Of a stretch of 64,000 nucleotides of DNA, positions 7,819 to 16,397 are shown piece by piece. The number at the start of each line of letters is the position of its first letter. Within the stretch, counting starts at the first letter, position 1. The notes below the pieces were generated by a model. It saw only the letters and a list, made by a program, of their open reading frames with translations. It made no database searches and was not told the origin of the DNA. The stretch covers positions 1,041-65,040 of the forward strand of contig JBFMCA010000010.1 of NCBI GenBank assembly GCA_040754955.1. Direction: 5' to 3'. Both the position numbers and the translations under genes were made by a program. The stretch is from Acidobacteriota bacterium (GTDB lineage: Bacteria > Acidobacteriota > Vicinamibacteria > Vicinamibacterales > UBA2999).

Positions 7819-10800
7819 TCACCTGTTCAGGCGATTGGATACCTCGGCCAGCCCTTCGAGAGCGGCCCGGTTGGTTGGCTCGATGGTGAGGGCCTCGGCG
7901 AAGTACCGTCGGGCCGTCTGCAGGTTCCCGGCCTGCAGTTCGAGGGACCCGAGGTTGGCGTAGGTGGTTGGCTCGCGAGGCGCCGCAGCCAAGGATGCGT
8001 GGAACGCCTGGCGGGCCTCATCACGCCGGCCCAGGCTGGCCAGCACGGCCCCCAGCAGGTTCTGCCCCTTCGCGTGGGTCGGATTGCGGGCCACCAGCGC
8101 TCGCACCTCGCCCGCGGCGAGCTCGGGACGGCCCTCGGCGAACAGCAGGGCCGCTGCATAGTACCGGGCGGCGTCGCTGTCCGGGGCGTCGGCGCGGAGC
8201 CGCGCGACGACCGGGCGGAGGCGCTCCAGGTCGCCCACGTCGGCCAGGATCGACGCCAGTTGTTCGACGGCGTCCACGTTACCCGGAGCGGCCTGGATGG
8301 CGGCCAGCGCGATGCGGGCGGCTTCGTCGAAGGCACCCTGTGAGGCCCGGAGCCGCGACAAGGCGAGACGCGCGGGCAGGTTGTCCGGCGCCGCAGCCAG
8401 AGCCGTCAGGCGGGCCTCCACGTCGGCCGTGCGTCCTGCGACCGCGTTGGCGTCGAGCAGCCCCGCGAGCGCGTCGCGGTTGGCCGGGTCGAGCGCCAGC
8501 GCCCGGACGAAGTCGTCGTAGGCGGTCCGGAAGGCGTCGGCCCGGAGCAGCATGCGCCCGCGGCTGCGCCACTGGTCGGCGGTCGCCCCCGCGATCGCCT
8601 GTCGGACGACGTCCGGCCGGCCGCGTTCCGCCAGGGCGCGGAGCGTGGCAGCGTTGTCGCTCTGGGAGATTCCGTAGAGGCTCCGCGGCCCCGTGAACTC
8701 GAGGCGGGCGTGGTCGTCGCGCTGGATGACGGCGCCGGCCACCCATGGGCCCACGGCGTCACCGTTGCCGACGAACATCGAGAGCAGATGAAAGGGCTCA
8801 GCAACGCCCACGGTGGCCAGGTCCGCGGCCACACCGGGCCGGCTCCAGGCCCCGGCGAGCGCCTCGAGCCTGGGCACGAGCGGCGCAGGCGAACCGAGCA
8901 TGAGCACGTCGCCCTCGCCGACGAGCCACACCGTGCCGTGGGGAAACACCTGCAGGAACGTGGCCAGAATGGACTGGAGGTCGGCCTCGCTGATGTCGTA
9001 GGTGTGGGCCCACTGGCAGAGTACGCCGTCGGCCGTGAGCCGGCCGCGCGCGGCCTCGAAAAACTCGCGCGTGAACAGCGAGGCGATGCCGGCCATCCAG
9101 GGGTTCGAGGGCTCCGAGACGATGACGTCGTAGCGGTCGTCGGTCAGCATCAGGTGGGTGCGTCCATCGCCCACGATGAGCCGCGTGCGGGGGTCGGCCA
9201 GCGCGCGGTGGTTTTCGGCCTCGAAGTAGGCGGAGCCCTCGACGACTTCGGGTGAGATCTCCAGGACCACCGCCTCGTCAATCGGATGCGTCAGCGCCGA
9301 GCCGAGCGTGACACCGCTGCCCAGCCCGAGGATGGCAACCCGCGACGGGCTGGGGTGCAGCAACAGGGGCAGGTGGGCGAGCAGGCGCTGGGTCAGCATG
9401 TCGCCTGCGTTCGAGGCATCGACCTTGCCATCGATGGCGAGCGATCGCGTGCCGGTCAGCTCGCGAACTGCGACGGTGGCGGTCGCGCCCTCGCGGTAGT
9501 AGAGCAACTCGCCCGCGGTGAGGGCCGTCTCCAGATCGGGGCCCGTGAGCGTGGCGGCGTACTTGTACGCGCCGCTCGACAGCAGCAGCCGATTCCACGG
9601 CGGCAGCACGGCCGCGGCCACCAGGATGAGGCTCGCCGACGCGGCAACGGCCAGGCGCGCCGTCGTGGCGCGCGACGCCGTGGCGACGAGCGCCGCCGCG
9701 CCGAGCGCCGTGAGCCCGGTGACGACGCGGATGGTGTCCTGGAGGCCAAGGGCCGGCAGCAGCACGAACCCGGCCGCCAGCGCCCCGGCGATGGCCCCGG
9801 CGGTGTTGACGGCGTAGATGATGCCGAGATCGCCCGCGATCGACTCATCCGAGCGCGTGGCGACCGCCACCGCGAACGGGAACGCGGCGCCGAAGGCCAC
9901 TGTCAGCGGCACGAGCATGGCGGCCACGAGGCCTACCTGGCGCACCAGCACGCCCGAGAACGTGGCGCCGGGGCTGGCGACGATACCAGCCATGGCGAGG
10001 AGGCTCTCGTCGACGAACGCGGTGGCCCCAAGCGCCAGGGCCGCGGAGACCGCGAGGCACGACGCCAGGCCGGCGACCGGCGTCGACGCCCTGGAGGCGA
10101 GCCTGGCGCCCAGGGCGGCGCCGGCCGCCAGGCCCGCGATGAACATGGCGACGACCGCGCTGAAGGCGTAAGTCGTCGGCCCGAGCACCAGCGCGAGCAG
10201 GCGCGTCCAGGCCACCTGGAGCGTGAGCGACGCGAACCCGGAGAGGCCGAGCGCCGCCGCCGCGCGCCAGAGGCTTCCCGTGGCCGCTCGGACCGTGGCG
10301 GATGGGCGGGACCCGCGCCCGGCGGCCGGCGAGGGCATGGCGGCCGCCCGGCGCGCGATCCAGAAGGCGCCGACCGCGGCGGTGACGTTCAGCAGAACCC
10401 CTATCCACGTGGTGCCGCGCAGCCCCAGCGCCGGGAGCAGGACGAACCCCGCGCCGATGGCGCCGAGCGCCGCGCCGACCGTGTTGGCGGCGTAGAGCCT
10501 CCCGGCGTCGCTCGCGGCCCGACTGGCGAAGGGCACCATCCACCGGGCCGCGATCGGAAAGGTCGCGCCCATGGCCGCGGCCGGAACGGCCAGCAGGGCG
10601 AGGCTCGCGCCCAGGCGGAGCGCGCCAAACGCTGGGCCGCCCCCGGTTCCGTAGACGGCCGCCAGGAGCGGCGCCAGCATCGAGAGGGCGACTGGCAGGA
10701 GCAGCGCTAGGCCCGCGATGGCCAGTTCGAGCTGCGCGTAGGCGGTGAGCGCCCGCTCGCGCGGCAGCCGTGCAGCGACGCGACCGCCGAGGGCGCTGCC

Positions 10801-10956
10801 CACGGCGAGGCCGCCCATGAATGCCGCCAGCACGGTCGACACCGCCGCGACGCCGTGGCCCATCGTCTGGGTCAGCAGGCGGGTCCAGGTGACTTCGTAC
10901 ACGAGGGCGGCGCCTCCGGAGGCGCCGAAGATCAGGAAGAACAGGCCACGGGACAC
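7819..10956 (-). CDS. fused polytopic-membrane / spermidine-synthase-like / TPR-repeat protein
   Basis: 1045 aa. About 450 aa of TM helices are followed by an aminopropyltransferase-like class I MTase fold (VAILGLGSGVTLG...DVIVSEPSNPWMAG), then C-terminal TPR repeats. Confidence 0.8.
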   Translation of the reverse strand: MSRGLFFLIFGASGGAALVYEVTWTRLLTQTMGHGVAAVSTVLAAFMGGLAVGSALGGRVAARLPRERALTAYAQLELAIAGLALLLPVALSMLAPLLAAVYGTGGGPAFGALRLGASLALLAVPAAAMGATFPIAARWMVPFASRAASDAGRLYAANTVGAALGAIGAGFVLLPALGLRGTTWIGVLLNVTAAVGAFWIARRAAAMPSPAAGRGSRPSATVRAATGSLWRAAAALGLSGFASLTLQVAWTRLLALVLGPTTYAFSAVVAMFIAGLAAGAALGARLASRASTPVAGLASCLAVSAALALGATAFVDESLLAMAGIVASPGATFSGVLVRQVGLVAAMLVPLTVAFGAAFPFAVAVATRSDESIAGDLGIIYAVNTAGAIAGALAAGFVLLPALGLQDTIRVVTGLTALGAAALVATASRATTARLAVAASASLILVAAAVLPPWNRLLLSSGAYKYAATLTGPDLETALTAGELLYYREGATATVAVRELTGTRSLAIDGKVDASNAGDMLTQRLLAHLPLLLHPSPSRVAILGLGSGVTLGSALTHPIDEAVVLEISPEVVEGSAYFEAENHRALADPRTRLIVGDGRTHLMLTDDRYDVIVSEPSNPWMAGIASLFTREFFEAARGRLTADGVLCQWAHTYDISEADLQSILATFLQVFPHGTVWLVGEGDVLMLGSPAPLVPRLEALAGAWSRPGVAADLATVGVAEPFHLLSMFVGNGDAVGPWVAGAVIQRDDHARLEFTGPRSLYGISQSDNAATLRALAERGRPDVVRQAIAGATADQWRSRGRMLLRADAFRTAYDDFVRALALDPANRDALAGLLDANAVAGRTADVEARLTALAAAPDNLPARLALSRLRASQGAFDEAARIALAAIQAAPGNVDAVEQLASILADVGDLERLRPVVARLRADAPDSDAARYYAAALLFAEGRPELAAGEVRALVARNPTHAKGQNLLGAVLASLGRRDEARQAFHASLAAAPREPTTYANLGSLELQAGNLQTARRYFAEALTIEPTNRAALEGLAEVSNRLNR

Positions 10957-10963
10957 GCTCGCG

Positions 10964-12985
10964 TCACTGTACCATGCGCCCTGTGCGTTGTGTCGCGCCT
11001 GGGCCGCAGAGCCGGCGCGCCCCCGATCCGCACGTCCAGCTCGTGGCGTACAGGACGGTATCGCCGTCGCGCGCGACTTCGTGCAGCCTGAACGCCGCGA
11101 TTGCGGTCTCGGCCAGGCCCGGGGGCATGCGGTGGAGGTGCATCACCACGTAGCCGAGCCGCGCGCGCCGCACGAAGCGGGGGCCCCGGCGCCGCAGGTC
11201 GGCGTGTTCCTCGTCGCTCAGCGACCGGCCTTCGCTCAACGTCGTCAACCGGGCGGTGGTCAGATACCGCGTGCGCATGCGCTCCCGCCGCGTCGTCGGG
11301 ATCCGCGACAGGTAGCCGCCGATCAGCCGCTTGCCATGGCGAGTCTGGTGGAACTGGTAGCGAGCGCTGAAGTCCCCCTCCGCCGACACGCCGTCGCGCA
11401 CGCCAAAGGGCAATTCGAGGACCCGGATCTCGCGCGTATCGGCGGCAATGACGTCGTAGACGGGCGAGATGTTGGCGGCGTAGAGCGCGCGTGGCGCCGG
11501 CAGCAGCTCGAAGGCCATCAGCAGCCCGACAAGCGCGAGCAGGGCCGGCCGGCGGGTGGGGTAGCGCCGGCTCAGCGCGACCATCGCGCCCGCCAGCAGG
11601 ATGGCGAGCCCCAGGGCCGCCACGACGGCGAAGCGCGTCGGCGTGCGGGCCAAATCGACGAGCGGCATGTAGCGCAGAATCGCCCAGGGGCCCGGCACGA
11701 ACGTGTTGACGCCGAGCACGTGCACGAACGGACCGAGCGCCAGCGCGGCGAAGCCTCCCGAGATCCACCACCAGACGGGGGCGGGCCGGAATCCGGCCCG
11801 CCACACGGCAAGAGCCACCGTCGCGAGCGCCACGAGGCTCAGGGCGGCCGTGTACTCGACGAAGCGGGTCGGGTCGGCCGCCTGGCTGTCGTGGACCCGC
11901 CGCACGAGCGGGTGGCTTGGGTTCGGCTGCACCAGCGCCGCCGCATCGACGCCGTGCGGGCTGCTGCGCCACAGGGTCGGGGGCCGGACGAAGCTCCCAT
12001 CGATCGCGCGCGCGCCCAGCCCGACGAGCACCGGGCCGAGCGCGAACGCCGCGGCCAGCGCGGCTACGGCGCCGGCCCGCACGACAATCGGCGACGGCGG
12101 CCAGAGTCCGCTCAACCGCGGCCGCAACTGGAGCAGCACGCGGGCGAGAATCAGCAGCGTCAGAATCAGGACAGGAGTGTACAGGCCGCGGACGCTCACC
12201 GCCACGCCCAGGATCTCCATGCGGCCGCCGCCGCCGAAGACGAGGCCGACGACGAGGCCGCCCGTGACAAGGACCAGCACGTTCAGCAGCCACCGGACGA
12301 CGTCGCGGCCGGGACGCTCGGCGCGTGCAATCCGCACGCCGCACGCCGCGGCATAGGCCAGGGCCATGAGCAGGCAGAAGATGGCGTAGTACACGTCGCA
12401 GAACCCGGCCCACGCCATTGCCAGGCCGACGAAGATCGCGTCGCGGAGGCGCCGGCTGCGGTCGGCCTGGATCAGGCACAGGAGGAAGGCCGCAAGCGGC
12501 GCCGCCGCCACCAGGCTGAAGTGGCCCGTCGAGCGCGCCACGAGCACGGGGGACCACGCGAAGGCGAGCCCCGCGAGCCACGCCTCGGGGCGCGGCGCGT
12601 CGAAGGCGCGCCGGGCGAGCGCATAGGCGCAGCAGGCCGTCAGCACGGTGGCGGCGAGGTACACCACGTTGAAGGTGGCCACCGCCCCGAGCCACGGCAG
12701 AAGGGGCAGGGCCAGCAGATTCAGGAAGAGGGTGTAGTTGTGCTGCGACAGGTCCATGCGCTCCCCGGTCAGCGACAGGATGCGCTCGGTCGTGAGGGGC
12801 GTGCGCCGCTCCTGGAGCGCTTCGTGCTGGAACACCCACTGGTTCCACACGTACACGCCCGTGTCGCCACCGGGGTCGCCGGTCAGGTGGGTGCTCAGGT
12901 TCGCCGCCAGCGGCCAGGTGAAGGCCACCGCGACGAGACCATAGGCTGCCAGGACGCCGAGCCGGGGGAGCCATCCGCGCCACAT
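10964..12985 (-). CDS. large polytopic membrane protein, possibly GT-C-like glycosyltransferase (function uncertain)
   Basis: The ATG at 12983-12985 (MWRGWLPRLGVLAAYGLVAVAFTWPLA...) gives 673 aa with many TM segments. It ends 7 nt before the next gene. The first 45 codons of the listed ORF are Arg/Pro-rich and unlikely to be coding. Confidence 0.55.
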   Translation of the reverse strand: MWRGWLPRLGVLAAYGLVAVAFTWPLAANLSTHLTGDPGGDTGVYVWNQWVFQHEALQERRTPLTTERILSLTGERMDLSQHNYTLFLNLLALPLLPWLGAVATFNVVYLAATVLTACCAYALARRAFDAPRPEAWLAGLAFAWSPVLVARSTGHFSLVAAAPLAAFLLCLIQADRSRRLRDAIFVGLAMAWAGFCDVYYAIFCLLMALAYAAACGVRIARAERPGRDVVRWLLNVLVLVTGGLVVGLVFGGGGRMEILGVAVSVRGLYTPVLILTLLILARVLLQLRPRLSGLWPPSPIVVRAGAVAALAAAFALGPVLVGLGARAIDGSFVRPPTLWRSSPHGVDAAALVQPNPSHPLVRRVHDSQAADPTRFVEYTAALSLVALATVALAVWRAGFRPAPVWWWISGGFAALALGPFVHVLGVNTFVPGPWAILRYMPLVDLARTPTRFAVVAALGLAILLAGAMVALSRRYPTRRPALLALVGLLMAFELLPAPRALYAANISPVYDVIAADTREIRVLELPFGVRDGVSAEGDFSARYQFHQTRHGKRLIGGYLSRIPTTRRERMRTRYLTTARLTTLSEGRSLSDEEHADLRRRGPRFVRRARLGYVVMHLHRMPPGLAETAIAAFRLHEVARDGDTVLYATSWTCGSGARRLCGPGATQRTGRMVQ

Positions 12986-12995
12986 GGGGGTGCCG

Positions 12996-13004
12996 AAGAT
13001 AGCA
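12996..13004 (-). promoter_or_regulatory. candidate extended -10 (TGcTATCTT) 10 nt upstream of the ATG at 12985
   Basis: Minus strand reads TGCTATCTT-cggcaccccc-ATG with no SD. The identical 9-mer recurs at 21502-21510. Confidence 0.35.
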
Positions 13005-13179
13005 CAGGTCGGGGGTGAGTCCTGGGCTGAACTCCGGCTGAGGTAGGTCCTGCCGTGCCGGCACCGAACGCGTGGAGGTTCTGGTTCGCTGAGCCGGGTA
13101 CAACGAGCGGGCCGGACCACCCGAGGGTAGCCCGGCCCACGCCAGCCGGCCGCAGATCTGCGCCCTCTACGGCCTGGAC

Positions 13180-16045
13180 TCTAGAAGTCGTAGCGGAGGC
13201 CGAAGCGAATCACGCGGGGCGCGAGAATCGCCGTGACCTCGTGGAAGTTCACCGTCGTCGTGCGCAAGGTCGTCGGCACGCCCGAGTTGGTGAGGTTGAA
13301 GACGTCGAGCTGGCCGGTCAGCTTGCCGTAGCGGCCCAGGTCGAACGACTTGTCCGCCCGGACGTCCATGATGGCCACGGTCGGGTAGCGCCGCGTGTTG
13401 ATCGGCTCGACGCGGAACGTGCGGCTGCCGTCGCCGGGGAACGACACGGTGACGGTGCGGCCGTAGTTCTCGCCGCTCTGCACCTTCCACGAGCCCGACA
13501 GGCCGATGTCGAAGGGCATGGTGTAGCGGCCGATGACCTTGTAGTTCCAGGTCGTCGACGTCTCGATGCCGTTGTCGCCGAAGATGCGGCGCGCGGGCAG
13601 GAAGTTCTGGTTGTTGGTGAGCCGGTCGTAGCCCGTGGTGTCGTGGAGCATCGTGGACCACGTGTGGCCGACCGAGGTGAGCAGCATCCAGCGGCCCGAG
13701 AAGCGGCGGTTCACCGCGAACTCGATGGTGTGGAAGTCGGCGTCGGCGTCGGGGATGTTCGTGTAGACGCGGTCCTGCGCGAGCCCGGCCGGCCGGTCGA
13801 AGGTCGAAATCGTCTTGTTGTCCGCCGTCGTGGCCAGGTTGTTGTCCGGGCCCGGGTCGGTGAAGGTGAAGGGCACCGTGTACTGCGGGCCGCGAATCGT
13901 GTCGTACTCGCCCCACACGTTGCGCATGTTCTTGTAGACGTAGGTGGCGCGGCCCGAGAGGCCCCGGACGATCTCGCGCTCGAGGTTCACCGACAGCTCG
14001 TTGCTCGTCGGGCGCGTGAGGTTGCGGTCGACGCGGACGAAGCCGGCGCCGCCCTGCGTGGAGTTGAACGCGCCCAGCTCCTGCGGACCGTCCAGCAGGC
14101 GGTTGCCGTTCAGGTCGCACGCCGTGGTGCGCGTGGCCGTGCAGGGCAGGAAGGCGTAGCGCAGCTGCGCGATGCCCACCGGATTCTCCTGGTCCGACAG
14201 CGTGTCGGCCGAGTTCCACCGCGACTGCCCGAAGTAGGCCTTGAGCACCGTGCGGTTGTCGCCGCTCAGGTCGTAGGCGAAGCCCACGCGCGGCGAGGCC
14301 GTCAGCGACTCCGAGACCGTCGTGGCCGCGACCGTGCGCGGCGCGATGAACGACAGGTAGCGGGCGCGCTCGACGGGGTTGACGTCCGCCGGCCAGTTCG
14401 CGAGCTGCGGCAGGCCGTTCGGCGCAAACTGCTGCTCCGGCCAGCCGTCCTCATACGCCTCGATGCGCACGCCCAGGTTGATGGTCAGGCGATTGGTGAC
14501 CTTCCACGTGTCGTTGATCCACGCGGCGGTGTAGTTCACGTCGTTGATGCCGGTCACCGACGTGTTGTAGATGTCCACCTGGTTGATGACGCCGTTCAGG
14601 TCGCGGTAGAAGATGTCGAACGGCTGGTCGCGGAAGAGCTGCCGGCGGTCGCGCTTCCAGTCGAACCCGGCGCGGAAGTCGTGGCTGCCCTTCCACCCGT
14701 CCTGGAAGTACGAGAAGGTGACGTAGAACTGCGGCTTGAACCGCTTCTGGTCCTGGTAGCCGTTGTTCGCGCCGCCCGAGAAGATCTGGTTGTTGGCCGT
14801 GTCGATGCGGCCGGGGCCCCACGGACCGTCGTAGAGGCCGAAGTCGCGGACCGGCCGCAGCGGGAAGAAGTTGTACCACTGCGCCGCCATCACGTCGAGG
14901 AACGCGCGGCTGCCGAGCACGCTCGTCCACTCCACCTTCATCGGGTAGTTGCGCGACGCCTGGTAGTAGGCGGCCGAGAGCGGCGTCGTCAGGCTGATAC
15001 CGCGCTTGTCCTGCAGCTTCTCGCGCTTGTTCAGGAAGCCGATGAGCTGGTTGTTCCGATTGAGCTGGAACGTGCCCTTGAACGTGTACTTGTTCGAGAG
15101 CTTCGAGCGCTCCAAGGTGTCGCCGAGGCCCAGGATGTGCTTGTACTGGTCGTTGAGGCGGTAGCTGTAGAAGAACCACGCCTTCTGCTTCCAGATCGGC
15201 CCGCCGACGTTGAAGTTGAGGTCGTACTGCTTGCTCACCGGGTTGCCGCGCCGGAGCGGCGTGCGGGTGAAGTAGCCCTGCTCGTTCGGCGTGTTGGCCG
15301 TGCGGAGGTAGTCCGGCACGTTGGTCTCGGCGATGGTGTCCTCGTTGAGGAAGTCGCTGTACCAGTTGCCCGAGACCCGGTCGCCGCCCGACTTGACGCT
15401 GATGCTCAGCACCGCGCCGCCCGCAAACGCCGAGGCGTCCGCGCCCGCGCCGCCCACCTGGAACTCCTCGAAGCTGCCGAAGTCGAAGTAGCCGGCATTG
15501 GCCGCCGTGCCCTCGGTGGTGTCGATGCCCTCGAGCCGCGTCTGGTTCTGCGTGTCGAAGCCGTAGGTGCGGTAGCCGGTCTGGTTGCCCGTGTTCGACC
15601 CGCCGACGTCGTAGCCGGTCATCTGGATGCCCGGCGCCTGCGACATCGCCGCCCAGATGTCCCGCGCGTTCGGAATCTCCGTCAGCAGCTCCTTGGTGAA
15701 GTTCGTCCCGACCTGCGTCGTCGACGTGTCGACAATGGGCGATTCGCCCGTGACGGTGACCGTCTCCTGCAGCGTCGCCACCTGCAGCTGCTGGTCGACC
15801 GTCAGCGTCTGGTTGATCACCACGCGGATGCCCTCGCGCCGGACCGTCTGGAACCCGGCCAGCTCGAACATCAACTCGTAGACACCGGGGGGAAGCGCGA
15901 GAAAGCGGAATTCACCCGCGGCACCGGTCACCTGCACCTGCGGCTGGATCAGCGCCGGGCTCGATGCCGTCACGGTCACACCCGGCAGCACGGCGCCGGT
16001 GTTGTCGACGACCGTGCCGTTGATACGGCCACGGAACTCCTGCGC
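13180..16045. repeat. tandem direct repeat, copy 1 (2,866 bp)
   Basis: Matches 16398-19263 at offset 3218 at all spot-checked positions. All six-frame ORF translations in the two copies are identical. Confidence 0.9.
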
Positions 16046-16114
16046 GGCCGCCGGCTGGGCCGCGACGGCAAGCGCCACGCCCAGGAGAAGCGCCGAGAAC
16101 CACTTCAACCTCAT
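13181..16114 (-). CDS. TonB-dependent receptor-like outer-membrane beta-barrel with N-terminal carboxypeptidase-regulatory-like domain (copy A)
   Basis: The ATG at 16112-16114 is preceded by GGAGGG. Signal peptide MRLKWFSALLLGVALAVAAQPAAA, then QEFRGRINGTVVDNTGAVLPGVTVT (CarboxypepD_reg-like), a long barrel, and a C-terminal ...RFGLRYDF. 977 aa. The listed 1418-aa ORF is a read-through artefact. Confidence 0.85.
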   Translation of the reverse strand: MRLKWFSALLLGVALAVAAQPAAAQEFRGRINGTVVDNTGAVLPGVTVTASSPALIQPQVQVTGAAGEFRFLALPPGVYELMFELAGFQTVRREGIRVVINQTLTVDQQLQVATLQETVTVTGESPIVDTSTTQVGTNFTKELLTEIPNARDIWAAMSQAPGIQMTGYDVGGSNTGNQTGYRTYGFDTQNQTRLEGIDTTEGTAANAGYFDFGSFEEFQVGGAGADASAFAGGAVLSISVKSGGDRVSGNWYSDFLNEDTIAETNVPDYLRTANTPNEQGYFTRTPLRRGNPVSKQYDLNFNVGGPIWKQKAWFFYSYRLNDQYKHILGLGDTLERSKLSNKYTFKGTFQLNRNNQLIGFLNKREKLQDKRGISLTTPLSAAYYQASRNYPMKVEWTSVLGSRAFLDVMAAQWYNFFPLRPVRDFGLYDGPWGPGRIDTANNQIFSGGANNGYQDQKRFKPQFYVTFSYFQDGWKGSHDFRAGFDWKRDRRQLFRDQPFDIFYRDLNGVINQVDIYNTSVTGINDVNYTAAWINDTWKVTNRLTINLGVRIEAYEDGWPEQQFAPNGLPQLANWPADVNPVERARYLSFIAPRTVAATTVSESLTASPRVGFAYDLSGDNRTVLKAYFGQSRWNSADTLSDQENPVGIAQLRYAFLPCTATRTTACDLNGNRLLDGPQELGAFNSTQGGAGFVRVDRNLTRPTSNELSVNLEREIVRGLSGRATYVYKNMRNVWGEYDTIRGPQYTVPFTFTDPGPDNNLATTADNKTISTFDRPAGLAQDRVYTNIPDADADFHTIEFAVNRRFSGRWMLLTSVGHTWSTMLHDTTGYDRLTNNQNFLPARRIFGDNGIETSTTWNYKVIGRYTMPFDIGLSGSWKVQSGENYGRTVTVSFPGDGSRTFRVEPINTRRYPTVAIMDVRADKSFDLGRYGKLTGQLDVFNLTNSGVPTTLRTTTVNFHEVTAILAPRVIRFGLRYDF

Positions 16115-16314
16115 GCGAACACCCTCCACCAACACATCAACGGGACTCTTCTCAGACGACAGCCGAACGGCCGGCGACCAGTTGGGTCGGGTGCACGGCG
16201 CCAGTCTGTTCGGGGCAAAGGACGCAACGATGGTAGGGGTGGAACCTGCAGGAAGGCAACCCGATTTCACGGCACGAGCGTCCAGCTCATCCGTAAGCAT
16301 CCAGCTCATCCACG

Positions 16315-16348
16315 AAAAAAGAGCCGGGTGCACGAAGCAACCCGGCTC
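16315..16348 (-). terminator. rho-independent terminator downstream of receptor copy B
   Basis: Minus strand reads GAGCCGGGT-tgcttcgtgc-ACCCGGCTC followed by TTTTTT. It lies 51 nt after the copy-B stop. Confidence 0.7.
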
Positions 16349-16397
16349 TGAGGGTGACTGGCAACGCGCGAGTGGCTCGCGCGTCGAAACGACTCGG

